A DNA stretch of 64,000 nt. Origin: Octopus bimaculoides (lineage: Eukaryota). The position numbers and the translations under genes are program-made. The notes beneath the pieces are model-generated. The model was not told the DNA's origin and made no database searches. It was given only the letters and a program-made list of their open reading frames with translations. This document shows, in pieces, positions 35,833 to 49,769 of this stretch; the stretch's first letter is position 1; each line of letters opens with the position of its first letter. The DNA lies in contig NC_068987.1 in the NCBI RefSeq assembly GCF_001194135.2, forward strand, positions 104,264,568 through 104,328,567. The letters run 5' to 3'.

Positions 35833-38800
35833 GGTTCTGAATATATTACACCTATAAAACTATACTGCCAGTCTTTTGTATGTAGTAATGAGACAAGATT
35901 AAACTGAAGGAATGTTTTTTCTACAACTTGTTTCTACTTGTTTGAGCCATTGAACTGCGGCCGTGCTTGGGGAACACATTAAAGGGTTCTAGGGGAACAG
36001 ATCAACCCCAATATTAATTTTTTAAATAACATTTTGCCGAACCGCTAAGTTACGAGCCAACACCGGCTTCCACACAGTTTCCATCTACCAAATTCACTCA
36101 CAAGGCATTGTGTTATCTGAGGCTAAAGTAGACGACATTTACCCAAAGTAACCTGCAGTGGGACTGAACCCGAAACCATGTGATTGCAAAGCAAGCGTCT
36201 TTACCACACAACCATGGGAAAGTTACATATGATCGAGTGAAGGGCTGCAATCCAAAAGGTCGCATATTCATATTCGTATTCAATTCATTAATGGCGTTGT
36301 GTCATAAAATAAAATTTCTAATTTTCGCGGTCTACTTTAGCAAGGCATGATTCGCTAGAATGATCGGTGGGAGCTCTGTGAAACAGATGTATAGTTCGTA
36401 AGCTGAAAGACAAATCACTCCATAAGGATGTCATTAATCCAATTAACACGCAAAATAATACTTTAACAAATCCTGTTATGGGAAAAGTAATATCAGTGTT
36501 ATTTTGTATAAACAACTTCTTAGCAGGAAAATAATGTATTTTCGAATTAAAAGTAACGTCTTTACCTTAGCCCTAAGATCAAATTATTCCATGTTGGAAT
36601 TATTAAATAATTAATACACAAAATATTCTGGCCATTCTTCCATTAAGGAAATTTAATAAATGTTTATTTTTATAAAACTACAACTTAGCAAAAATGATAA
36701 TGTTAATGTTTTCACACTACAGTTAACATCTTTATCTTATAATTCATATCTGGTTTATGAAGATATATTAAATTAATTTCGAAATAATGCTGATAAAGTC
36801 AGACAAAATGAGACGTCAATGATGACAAGATAAAGTTTGATTGTGGAGGATTTATCGGTAATAGTCATGAGGATAATCTTGATCGGAGCGATTGTTGATT
36901 ATTCTATAAAAGCTGAGGTATAAATACATATATGTATGTGTGTGTGTGAGTGGGTGAGTGAGTGTGTGTGTGTGTGTGTATGACCATTATTACGGAATAA
37001 ATAATCGAATTGATTTTTTACACACACACACAAACACACACAAGGCATAAACATGGCTATGGGGTTAAGAAGTTCACTTCACAGCCACGTAGTTTCGGGT
37101 TCAGCCCCACTACGCCTCATCTTGAACAAATGTATCTCGGGCCGACCAATACCCTGTGAGTGAATCTGGTAGACGGAAACTGTGAAGAATCACATCGTGT
37201 GAGAGTGTGTGTGTGTGGCATGTCTTTGTGTTTGTTCCTACACAATTTGTCAATCGGTGTTGGTTTCTTTACATCCCCGTAACTAAGGCTCTTTGTCTTA
37301 TGGTTTCAAATTTTGGCACCTAAAATTTTGATGAGTTGGGGGTCAGTCGATTGGTACATATTTTATCGACACCGAAAGTATAATAGTAAAGTCGAACTCA
37401 GCAGAATTTGATGTCAGAACGTAAAGAGCTGGAAGAAATAACGCTAAGCATTTTGTTCGACGCGCTAACGATGACAGGAAGAGAGCGGAGAGGGAAGAAA
37501 GAATCCTATTAAGTATATATATTGTTTCGGCAGCAGACTTGTGCTGTTAATTGACGCTGAGGTAATAACTATACGATTAGTAAGATCATTTGCCATATAT
37601 TGGCGAAACAACATCACAGTTTCGTGCCATTATCTTATAAGAGTGTTCATTTTAGTGGTGTCAGCGCTAAAAAGCTGCCGGGAGAAGCGAGTGAACATAA
37701 ACGAACAATGAACGAGAACAGAATGGGAACAAGGCATAATGGAAAACGTCATAAGTAGTTGGTACATATACGCATATATACATATAAAAGGCCTTCCGGC
37801 CACGAGACAGCAATGAGAGGGGACATGCATAGAAGTTACNNNNNNNNNNNNNNNNNNNNNNNNNNNNNNNNNNNNNNNNNNNNNNNNNNNNNNNNNNNNN
37901 NNNNNNNNNNNNNNNNNNNNNNNNNNNNNNNNNNNNNNNNNNNNNNNNNNNNNNNNNNNNNNNNNNNNNNNNNNNNNNNNNNNNNNNNNNNNNNNNNNNN
38001 NNNNNNNNNNNNNNNNNNNNNNNNNNNNNNNNNNNNNNNNNNNNNNNNNNNNNNNNNNNNNNNNNNNNNNNNNNNNNNNNNNNNNNNNNNNNNNNNNNNN
38101 NNNNNNNNNNNNNNNNNNNNNNNNNNNNNNNNNNNNNNNNNNNNNNNNNNNNNNNNNNNNNNNNNNNNNNNNNNNNNNNNNNNNNNNNNNNNNNNNNNNN
38201 NNNNNNNNNNNNNNNNNNNNNNNNNNNNNNNNNNNNNNNNNNNNNNNNNNNNCACACACACACACACACACACACTCTGTTATTAACTCTGCTTTGCTGA
38301 CTAAGCTTTCTAATGCAAAGCTGTCTCACTGTTGAAGACCGGCAATTAATTCAGTTCTAATCAATTGGTAATCCTCTATAAAACTCAGGTTTTTAAAAAA
38401 GTATGCATCAAAGTACTGCTCACATATGTATCTAGTTCAACTCTGCTGGTGCACATACGAATGTACTAGACTACATTTAAAAGAAGGCCAGTTAATTCAT
38501 TCAGCAACACGTTTAGACTACTGGCTTGCAGATAGGCTAACTGTCTATTCTACTGCTTTTGTGACGACTCATACACTCTGAATTAGCTAAATGCATTCAC
38601 CTTCCACCTAAGATCACTCGGCAGACTTTGTTCTTTTAGTTACCTCTAATGTGTCTTACCCTTCAAATTTCCTCTTATCCTTCTTTTCTAAATCATTCTA
38701 GGAACAACTGTAAATATCATGAGTAAAATTTTTCCTATGCTTTACAGCAGTTCGGCTCATTTTAAATGTCATTAACGCTGAATACTTTATCAAGCAAATA

Positions 38801-39299
38801 TCTCGTGCGAAGTTTACATTACTGCTAGCATTTTATATATTATTGTTTGAATATTTTTATACAATACATTCGTCAACAATAGCGACATATTTTACAGATT
38901 TCAAACGGCCAGCCATTGGCTCACTCTATTGACGACAGTGGCAACGGGGTGGTTGTGTAACTCAAGTGTAGTAAATATCACAAATTATTTTCATTCGAAG
39001 CACTCATTTATCGCCAACACACACACACTGATGTACTATATCTAGTTGCTTAGTCCTCTTAGGACTTTTCCATGCTCTTACATGTCGGACCATTACCACC
39101 ATATTAGGTCTGATGTTCTGCTTGCTACTTATGTGAATGGTAATCCTGTGCATTCATGAATGTGAGAGCTTAATGTGGTGGTGGTTTACTTCGTGTTCTG
39201 ACGTTTAAAAAGTCTCACCAAAATCCTAACGATCTGTAGTTACCAGGTGGTTCTCTTATCATATGACCGAACCATTATACTTTCTGCCTTCTTATCAAC

Positions 39300-40500
39300 T
39301 TGGTAATGGTGTAAGTCATGGGATGAGCTTCTCTTATTTTTGATATACCTTTCTCGTAATGATAGCTGTGGTATAGATAGCAAAACACTTCATTTCAAAA
39401 ACTTGTAATCTGCTTGCATCTTCTAAATNNNNNNNNNNNNNNNNNNNNNNNNNNNNNNNNNNNNNNNNNNNNNNNNNNNNNNNNNNNNNNNNNNNNNNNN
39501 NNNNNNNNNNNNNNNNNNNNNNNNNNNNNNNNNNNNNNNNNNNNNNNGATAGCAAAACACTTCATTTCAAAAACTTGTAATCTGCTTGCATCTTCTAAAT
39601 TTTGAGTCGCAGCCTGATATCCACACTTTTGTACCATATTGTGTTTGTTAGTCATCTGAAGGCAGTAAATTCCAGAGTGACCTGTCTTTTCTCATCTTCT
39701 GATTTATTTGCTACTATACTGCTGAGAAACATATTCAATGATGTGTTCTATCTCAGAGGCATTCAGTATGATCATTTCTCAGGTAGGTGACAGGGCCTTG
39801 CCTTTCATTTATGAAAGGTCGTACAGATTATGGTTTTGTTGCTAGAACATGTAATATCTATGAAGGGCATCAGGAAGTGCCAGACTGAAATTTCAGATAT
39901 TGAATTCTCTCATGACATACACCAGGAAAATTTTGAAAATTGGGACAAAGCATACAACCTTGCATTAGATTTACACTTACTTCAAACAAATATGACCATA
40001 GTACTCTTGGTTCTATGTACAGCTCTTGGTACTGTTGTACAGCTCTTGGTACTGTTGTACAGCTCTTGGTACTGTTGTACAGCTCTTCCATAATTTTCCG
40101 TATCTTGAAGATCTTGTAGAATGTCCAGTTGCTTTTTGTATGCATTTGAATCTACTCCACGTCTATTTCTCAGTTTTCCAGCAAGATATTCAAAATAAAT
40201 GGGCTTTTGAATTCTAAGCTTTGAATTCTAAGCTTTGAATACTAGCTCTTGATGGTGTGTCAGACCTTTGGCACTATGCAGTAGTTCACAATCGGTATAG
40301 CTTTCAGAATCGAGCTTTGATACTAGGTTTCCAGTATCTATGTCCATATTTATATCACAGTACACCTCTCACATCTTCGCTCCAGTGATCAGTGTTAGTT
40401 CTTTCAGCTCTTCCAGGAGCTAATCTATAGCATGGAAGCAATCATCTTGGTTTCGTAACGTTGGATTGCTTCAAGGTCCGTTGCTAATAAAGCACTATAT
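39300..40500 (-). mobile_element. Decayed RTE-like LINE reverse-transcriptase remnant
   Basis: Minus-strand fragments VSVNLMQGCMLCP (cf. GVRQGCILSP) and SRLQVFEMKCF (cf. RLQVFEMKCYR), with many stops. Confidence 0.7.
40017..40087. repeat. 20-bp tandem repeat (GTACAGCTCTTGGTACTGTT), about 3.5 units
   Basis: Directly visible inside the LINE remnant. Confidence 0.9.
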
Positions 40501-42327
40501 GACGACCATGGTTGATAGCAGTAGTGTAGACGGATAAAAACAAATACCCTTCACCGGACCAACAGCTTTTTGGCGTCCCGTTTTCCGAATGATTTCAGAA
40601 TCGATCATATCAGTCATCTACAGTAGTGCTTTAATAGACGGTACCTCGTGTTATTTTCTGGCCATTTTTCTTTGCACGTAATTTTGATGTCACCGAGCTT
40701 CCGAGTAGTGTGTGTGTGTGTGTGTGTGTGTGCGTGTGCGTGTGCGCATTTGTTTGAGTACCAGCGCTATCACGGCTAATTGCGACAAACAAAATCTCTT
40801 CTAAGAAATTTTAATTGATTTCATTTAGTGGTTTAGTGGTTTAGAAATAAATCTACTGAAGTAAAAGAACCCATCTCTGATCCTGTTATCTTTAAGGTAA
40901 AAATTAGCGAGACTTCATATATAAAATAAAAACTTACCAGCTTTGGAATGGCTTGATAACACAAAACGAATTGTAAATTCCTTCAGTTTGATATTGTCAA
41001 TTTTTATCCCTCTGTTTCTAAACCATAACTACTTAGCTTTCGCTTATTCCATTACATCACTTACCGATTCAAATGTTAATATCGTTCAACATGCTAAGAA
41101 GCTACTCTTTGCCTTAGAAAATACAGGCAAGGTAAAAAAGAATGGAGGGAATTTGTTTGGGTTAGGGTTGGGTGATTTTGAATGGGCGGCGATGCGTGAA
41201 ACCATTGGTTATGAGAAAAGATGGAAGAAAATTGCAAATATGTTGAGAGTGAATGAGCCGACTTGAGCGAGGGCATAAAAGATAACCCAAAGTTCAGTGT
41301 TGGAACGTGGTCTGTGGGGTCGTACCCGACCCTCACTTCTTTATTGTCTTCTCATTCGTTTTTCTCATTAATTCTTAATTTTGTGTCTCCTGCTGTTGTA
41401 CCATCCGATCCCCGACCCCTTATCTGTCTTTGTGTTGTCCACTCTGTGTTTGAACCTAAAACCCATTGCCTGTCATGAGCCACATTTGGGGATCTGCTAA
41501 AAACGGTCTCACTGTTTTTAGTGTATTGTTTATGTACATTACATTTGAAGAGGTGTGTTCAACAATATTTAGTAATTAAAGTTTGTCATTATTAGCTCTG
41601 GCTAACTCTAGAAGGTATTTTGTAATAAATCGCAATTTTTAAACTACCAAAATATTGACTTTTGAAAAGGTTTTTTTTTGTTTAGCATTTCCCATCTATA
41701 TCATTCATTGATATTTCATATACATTCGCATTTGATACTTTAGTTTTAAAAAAACAAACTAAAATGTTTATAATTGAAATTGTATAGAAAAGGATAAATT
41801 TGCATTTTTTCAGTGATCCTCATTTGGGACTTTTCGAAAAATTGATCATAATTTCCAAAATAATTCACATATGAAGAAAATTTAGATACTATTTATCATT
41901 TTAACTTCTAAGACACCTGGCAAAGCCAAAAAAATATGAATAAAAAAATTTGGCAGTTAATGGGTTAATACGTTTTTGAATTTATTGCATAAAAAGTTCC
42001 TGATGCCAGATGAAATATAAACTGCAATAATGTAGACAGATTTAGGAAAGATATGTTAGTATTCAGTGAATTAGAATTAACCAAATAGCCAACGTCGTTT
42101 CATCTCCAATGTAAGTAAGAATATATCATTACTATTCTTGAATACAGATACTTTTTCCAAAGATTAGGTGCAAGAGTGGCTGTGTGGTAAGTAGCTTGCA
42201 TACCAACCACATGGTTCCGGGTTCAGTCCCACTGCGTGGCACCTTGGGCAAGTGTCTTCTTCTATAACCTCGGGCCGACCAAAGCCTTGTGAGTGGATTT
42301 GGTTACGGAAACTGAAAGAAGCCCGTC

Positions 42328-42367
<40 letters not shown>

Positions 42368-42542
42368 CTGTGTNNNNNNNNNNAAAGAATAAGTCCTGGA
42401 GTCGATTTTTTCGACTAAAGGCGGTGCTCCAGCATGGCCGCAGTCAAATGACTGAAACGAGTAGAAGAGTATATCTCTTGCGAAGCATTCGGTGGTAGAG
42501 CCTGTTCAAATAGGTCTATTTCCAGTCTTGTAGTTCTCATAG

Positions 42543-42578
<36 letters not shown>

Positions 42579-43099
42579 ACTATGTATGCGCGCGCGTGTG
42601 ATCTTTCATTGTCCAGTTTTTAGTTTAAATGCTAGAATAAATATAGCCAAAGAGTTTCTTAATAGAGAAAATAGTTGTCATAAAAGTTTCAATAGAACGT
42701 TATAAAAGTTTCTTTTGTAGCAAAAATTTCGGAAACTTCATAACTTCAATTAATGCTAAATATATGTCACGAAACAACATTACCATAATCGAGAGCTGGA
42801 TTAATTATAGAAACCCTGATAACTGCTCGCTCAATGTAAACTATCATGTCTCTTCTTTGGTATCCTGTGGCAAGGTGGAATTAAAATTGAACTATGGCTC
42901 GTTACCGAAATCTTACAGCAGATTAACAGAAACTATATTTAAAATACAACTTTACTGACACAAGCACTCGTCGGTCAATCCGAGCGAATAATTTGCGGCT
43001 GGATTATGTGTATTATTTATAAATATATTCAGAGATCAAGAAAAGTATTAACAAGTTGTACTGGGTATTCATGTTACCAGTAGTATTCAAAAGCAAGCG

Positions 43100-44643
43100 A
43101 CCTGGCACAAAGGACGGAGGAATTCATGAGTGTCAATGGCGCTTGCCCTTGAGTGTTTCTAGTAACAAGTTACCCAGTACAGTTTGTTACATAGTTGGGT
43201 TGTCGGGGACTATAGTGGCGACCAAGTCTGCTTGGTGAGGAAGTTGATATTCTTATCTGTCTGTCTGTCTGTCTGCCTGCCTACCTACCTACCTACCTAT
43301 CTACCTACCCACCCACCGAATTCAATGTAGGCTATACATTCTTCTGGAAAGGGAAAGCAGAGAAAGAGTACAGAGGGAGTAGTGTAGGATTTGCTATAAA
43401 GACCAAGTTAGTTGAGAGGCTCGAAGAATTACCTTTTTGGCACATCTGATAGAACAATAAGCCTTCGACTACCATTGGATAAAGGAAGATAAACGACTAC
43501 AGTCAGTGTTTATGCTCTCACAATGCCACATTCTGAAAGGAGTACACTACTGTTCGAGGCTGATCTGAGAAAATTGTTATCTGGTACCCACAAGGATAAC
43601 AAGATATTTCTAATGAGAGACTTTAATGCTAGAGTAGGAGCTGAGCGAAATATTTGGCATTACTTGGGAAAATATTGTCTTCGTAAAACTAACAGCAATG
43701 GACTGCTTCTCCTACAATTATGCAATGCATATAATCTGATTATCAGCAACACTTTTTTCGTCAAAAAAGCAAGTACAAAGAGATACGGATGCATCTATGT
43801 TCAGAGCATATGATTGGCTATATTGTCACTAGAAAGCGTGATCTACAGGATATGGAAACAATGAAAGTCATGAGAAGTAATGAGTACGGGATTGATCATC
43901 AATTAGTTAGAGTCAAGGTTAGGCTTAAGAAGCAATCTTAGTTTCAACGCAAAACAATTATACACAGAAAGCTTGATGTGGACGAACTTCAGTAAAAAAA
44001 AAGAAAAAACTCAAAATGTGTTGAAATTAGTCATTGAAAATTGAATATTTGGGAGAGTTTCAAGAAAAAGATAGACAACACATCTAAAGAAACTCTAGAC
44101 ATTAGAAACCGCAAACAAGACTAGTCCTATGAGAATGATAAAGCAATTTGCAAACTGCTGGAGAGAAAACAAACACTACAAGAAGGGACACTACTTCCAA
44201 ATTTATCTTCAATCGATAAGAAAGCAGTGGTAACATTAAAGAAAATGAAAGGAAAGGTGTAAAATGTTTTCAGAGCATCCACTATGTCTGGTGGAAAGAA
44301 AAATCCCGAGCCCTTCAAAACGTGTCAGAGATGGTAAGATAATGTACCAACTGCTGAAAGAAGTCTAAGGTTTGCTCTTTTTAAGGCCAAGGATGGAAAT
44401 AAGATCTTGAAGCAGCCACATGAGATATAGACTAGGTGGAGGAAACACAACAGTGAGCTATTGAACAGGACAAGAGAAATTGATGAATCGGTTCTGACGG
44501 TATTAAGCAGCGACCATTAAAGGAATGTTCAGATGAGGTACCAAATCACGGAGTCAACAAAGCCATATTACAAATGAACAATGGGAAATCACGTGACATA
44601 GACGAAAGACCTGTAGTGGTGCTGAAATATGGTGGAGACAAGC
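43100..44643 (+). mobile_element. Decayed RTE LINE: APE endonuclease plus start of RT
   Basis: Fragments YTFFWKG, GFAIKTKLV, SVYALTM, FLMRDFNARVG, NSNGLLLLQLCNAYNLIISNTFF, DHQLVRVK and NKAILQMNNGKSRD...VVLKYGGDKL, broken by frameshifts and stops. Confidence 0.85.
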
Positions 44644-44830
44644 TGTATGTATGCATGCTTGTATGCATGCATGTATGTATATACAAGTGCATGCATGTAT
44701 GCATGAGTATATGTATGTATGTGTGCATGTATGTATGAAGAAATGGTCGAAACTTATGTTGCAACTGAAAATATTTGCCAAATCACTTAGTCATTATTAT
44801 ACTTACACACACGCACAGACACATACACGT

Positions 44831-44888
<58 letters not shown>

Positions 44889-46263
44889 TCAATGACATTG
44901 TGGAACAGTCATTTTAGCCATTTATAACCTTTAATACCACAAAACTGTTAAACTCACTTTTAATTTCTATTGTGCCAGGTCAACACTTTTAGTAACCTGG
45001 TCGTAATTNNNNNNNNNNTTATAACCTTTAATACCACAAAAGTGTTAAACTCACTTTTAATTTCTATTGTGCCAGGTCAACACTTTTAGTAACCTGGTCG
45101 TAATTTGTACCCAACGCAAATTTCGACTCCTCAGTAAATAAACAAAAGTGAATTCAACAGATTTTTTGGGTGGTGGTGGTAGTGGGTGGTGATGGGGGGG
45201 GGTGTTTTGAACTGGCTAAAACAGCTCCTCAGTTGTGCAATTGCTCCAGTTTCAGCAATCTATTTTTTTAGTAATTACAACAAATTACTTGCTAGGCAAG
45301 TACAGCGCCAACACACACACACACACACACGCGTGCACACATATACATGTATATCTGTCTGTCTGCATGTCTGTCTATGTGTGTTTTGTATAAAATTATG
45401 CACAAAAACAAAATATTAACCGAAAAAAAAAAGCAGCATTGAAATTTATTTTTCCAAAGAAATGTTTGGCAGTAACTTCGAAGTTTCGCTGGGTGTTGGC
45501 TTCATGTGACTGTGAATATACGTTATCGTTTAATTCCTAAGTTATCTGGTTAACAGCCTCGGTTAGACTATCCAATGATGTTGCGATCGAATAGACTGAA
45601 TCTTGTCTCCGGTTGTCCATTACTGATTGACAAAATCAAACTTTTCTTACGTAATCACATAAATTCATTCTGAGAGAGTTTCTCTGGTTATCAGTGTTAA
45701 AGGTTTGGTGCAACAGAGTGTGGAAGCATTTCTAAATCGTCGGAAATCTTCAGAAAATGTGAATGTGCAGTTAAATTCGTTTTCAAGCATTGTAACTTTA
45801 TCAAGTCAGCTTTGTCATGGCATTTCTTAAGCAATTTTATGAATAACATAAATCTAGACAATTCTTTGACCTTTCTATTTATTTCAGTCATTGCCACCAT
45901 GCTGGAGCACCGTCTTAAAGGATTTTAGTCGAACAGCCCCAGTACTTATTTTTTAAAGTCTTTTTTGCCAAACTACCAAGTTACGGGGACGTAAACAAAC
46001 CAACACTTGTTATCAAGCGGTGTGTGAGAACAAACACAGACACAATGGTACACAGACACACACACACACACACACACACACACGACGGGCTACCAACACT
46101 TTCCGAAATTCACTCACTCGTCTCGGGGCTATAGTAGAAGACACCTGTTTTGAATGTGCCGCGCAGTGGGACTGAACCTGAAACCATATAGTTGCAAAGT
46201 GAGCTTCTTAGTCATACAGACATACTTGCGTCTCTCTCTCTCTCTCTCTAAAGAGAGAGAGAG

Positions 46264-46554
46264 AGACCAATAAGAAAATGGAGGGGATGAATAGGTGGTA
46301 TTTATCAACTTATAAACATTATGTTATATATTTACATATATAATATATAAAATATAACATATAGCTATATGTTATATATTTTAATAATTACTGATATTTT
46401 ATATTTTATATATTATATATGTAAAGCATAATATGTCATACATGTATGTATATTGTTATAATTGTCCTTTTAGTAAATAAATAAATTGACCTAATATAAT
46501 GTCTATAAGTTGATGAATACCACCTATTGTTCCCCTCCATTATCTTATTGCTCT
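46264..46554. repeat. Foldback element with ~60-bp inverted arms around an AT-rich core
   Basis: CAATAAGAAAATGGAGGGGATGAATAGGTGGTATTTATCAACTTATAAACATTAT vs the reverse complement of the right arm, CAATAAGATAATGGAGGGGAACAATAGGTGGTATTCATCAACTTATAGACATTAT. Confidence 0.8.
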
Positions 46555-46942
46555 ATAAATTAATGGTAAAATAACTCTTTACCCTCACATTTATTACATT
46601 TGGTAATGTAACTGCCATGCAATGAAAAAACTCTAGTGAAATAATAATTGGGTATTCTACAAGCAGTATATAGGATAGATATTATCCCTTAGTTGGTTGG
46701 ATTCACAACCTCTTACTTTCTTGGAATATATATATATATAAATTCAATTATGTATTCATAAATTCATATACTTAACATTTTGCTACAATAGAATGGGTAG
46801 CATGCAGTCATTTTCTTTCCTTAGATTTTCAAACTGTTCAGTCATTTGACTGAGATAATTTTCTTCTCAGTATATAACTCGTTCTGTGCAAAAAGTGAAA
46901 GAGAATGATTCTCTGTTCAAAGATGTTTAAGTCAATACTATC

Positions 46943-47271
46943 AACACACGTGGGCCTGCCTACAAAGTAAAAAAAACAGCGCAGCTTCCATGACTTTTGG
47001 AAACATTTTTTTTCACACTCAGAGTTGCTGAAGCGTGGAACAAACTACCTGCATTAGCTGTTAGCTGCTGAGACATTGCATCCTTTAAAACCTTCATGCT
47101 TCCTGAAATTCGCCAACACTACACCTGATATCTCCCATCCACTGTACGCATGAACACATGTATATCATGACTCATACACTGTTCACTTACCTGACATTTG
47201 TACATAATTCTATGTACTGTACATGCACCTATGATGAGTTGTAGTGCACCTGAGCACTGTACACAATAATT

Positions 47272-47312
<41 letters not shown>
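46943..47312 (+). mobile_element. CR1-like LINE 3' end with (ATT)n tail
   Basis: Reads NTRGPAYKVK...FFTLRVAEAWNKLPA...ASFKT, the typical CR1-clade C-terminus, followed by a 3'UTR and (ATT)n. Confidence 0.75.
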
Positions 47313-47854
47313 AAATAACCATCTACGTACGTACTTAAGAAATGTTATCTCTGGACGAACACCGCAGTAACTGACTTATCAACATTGTATATGCATTATG
47401 TATGATATATTGATGGCTATTTTAATTTAATGCTGCCTCAGTTGTGTATACTAGGTTTTTAATAGAACCACCACAGCAAACACCAACAATTATTTTCTGT
47501 TGATTTCTGTCACAGACACAAATCCTTAAATTTAGGGGTTGGTTATACTCGATTAAATCGATTCTATACTTCGTGTCAGTATATGTATCATAAAGTCATA
47601 TATTTGCTGGCGTATTGATCTTCCTATGTGTGAAAAATATTCAATTATTAGATATATTAATTACCCAGGTATTTTGATAATCACATTAATTACTTTCTGT
47701 ACGAACTATTGTTGTTTTAACGTCTTTTGGATTCTCTGTCAAACGCGTATCTTAAAATGATAATGTTATTAGAAGATTTTTTAGCGTCGATTAAATAATG
47801 ACCAGTCAGTAATGGCATAAATGACTATCAAATGCTTAATATTAAGTTGACAGT

Positions 47855-48290
47855 AAGGCAGCGAGCTGGCAGAAGCGTTAGCACGCCGGGCGAAATGCTT
47901 AGCGGTATTTCGTCTGCCGCTACGTTCTGAGTTCAAATTCCGCCGAGGTCGATTTTGCCTTTCATCCTTTAGGGGTCGATAAATTAAGTACCAGTTACGC
48001 ACTGGAGTCCATGTAATCGACTTAATCCCTTTGTCTGTCCTTGTTTGTCCCTTCTGTGTTAGCCCCTTGTGGGCAATAAAGAAACAAGAAACTTTAGCAC
48101 GCCGGGCGAAATGCTTAGCGGTATTTTGTCTGTCTTTACATTCTGAGTTCAAATTCCGCAGAGGTCGACTTTGCCTTTCATCTTTTCGAGGTCGATTAAA
48201 TAAGTACCAGTTGCGTACTGGGATCGATCTAATCGACTGGCCCTCTCCTAAAAAATTTCGGGCCTTGTTCCTAGAGTAGAAAAGAATATT
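47855..48290 (+). mobile_element. Dimeric family-A SINE (tail-b unit plus 5'-truncated tail-a unit)
   Basis: The junction TGTGGGCAATAAAGAAACAAGAAACTTTAGCACGCCG matches the junction at ~35600. Confidence 0.85.
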
Positions 48291-49262
48291 AATTTGACAG
48301 TATTTCATGAGGCTCCTCACGTAATCGGTCCATTATTGGTGGAGAATTGTTTATATTAATGATTTATTCTATATTAAGTGTTGCAATAAAGTGTATTTGT
48401 GATGCTTTGAAAAGAGTTCATCACGTATTACTTTGTTGCCAAACGTTATCTTCTTTCTTTAGTACAGAGATCTCGAAAAAAGTTATCAAATTCCAAATAT
48501 GCAACATTAATATAACTATAAGTTGGTAATGTTCACACTATAAAGAAACAAAAGGAAAGTGTCTATTCTCTTCGTCCACGTGATATTTTCATTCTTCTTT
48601 CTGCCAACTTAGAAAATCCTATTAAGGAGAAATACTACGCCTCCATATAATTCACTTAAAAGAAGAGACAAAAGGGAGAGCCAACACGGTGAAGTTGAAA
48701 CATTTTGAAAAGTAGAACACATTAAGTGGGAGGACATGCGTATTAACGGAAAATAATGCAGGCGCAATATTTTTATTATTTCATTATTAAATATATTCAA
48801 AATATATCGTGCTTACGCGACAACATATTCACGAGGAACTCCCCAGTGCTTAATTGATAGTCTTTATTGTTAACTAGGGAGTCACGTGAAGAAACTCATT
48901 TTGAATTATAACATATTTTGTACATTCGGACTGAAAGAGAAAAATAACATTTGAGAGAAGGATCTACCCACTTGTTATGTTATGAATACTGTCATCATTA
49001 ACTCTTTAGAGTGATCTTGGAATTATTCTCGTGGCCGGTTGATTCTTTGACTCGATTTCGATTCCCACCCATCTCATCTAATTTAGGACAGCAATGTCAA
49101 GAGAAAAGAATGAATGTTACAACAACCACATTTCTTTATTTTTTTTCTCTGAAACTTTGTGTCTCCATGCGAATACTTTAAAGTAAATAAGGATACATAA
49201 AGATATCCATCTCTGTCCGACTGATGCTTGGACCTTTGAAAAAGAGGGACCATGCACTAGGC

Positions 49263-49721
49263 CAGTGGTTCTTAACCTGGGAGGTAACATCCTCTTGTGT
49301 TGGTGTTTAGAGGTATCGGGATTTTTCTTAGAAAAAAAAAACCTACTTATATTTTAAACACACTCTTGAAAACATCTTTGTCAGGATTAGAATATGCATT
49401 GGTCATTGTGTTATCAGTGAGCAGAAACATGATTGATCATGTGCCAAGGTCCAGTATATTTTCATTAGATAGACCCTCACCTTCGTTAATAATTTTCTTA
49501 GAAATTTAGCACAGGTACACTACTCCACGCAAGTGTCTGAAAAGAAGCACCTATTTGTAAGGAACAATATAAGAAAATATGGATAAAAAAAACCATTGCA
49601 CAAGATTAGCTTTTACTTGATAAAAGAAATTGGTGTTTTTTTTTTTTTACATAGGTAGAAGGTGTGTAAAATATCTTTTGGCGAAAGGATGCGCTGAGTT
49701 ACAAAAGGTTGAGAACCACAG
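49263..49721. mobile_element. Older hAT (Charlie-like) non-autonomous element
   Basis: TIR CAGTGGTTCTTAACCT / AGGTTGAGAACCACAG (14/16 match). The TSD is degenerate (CACTAGGC vs TACTTAGC). Confidence 0.55.
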
Positions 49722-49769
49722 TACTTAGCAAGCTAAGCGTCTTAGGGTACTAGAGTGAGGGTGCGCCAA

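Noticed and set aside
39376-39600. 53-bp direct repeat flanking an N gap
   Set aside because: Contig-overlap artefact.
39653-39783. Plus-strand phase-compatible exon candidate (HLKAVNSRVTCLF...)
   Set aside because: It lies antisense within a clear RT remnant, so the open frame is probably incidental.
40943-41266. 107-aa plus ORF
   Set aside because: It starts at TTG, has no recognisable domain and has no supporting splice pattern.
44922-45105. 87-bp direct repeat around a 10-N gap with one mismatch
   Set aside because: Probably two haplotypes of one locus left unmerged.
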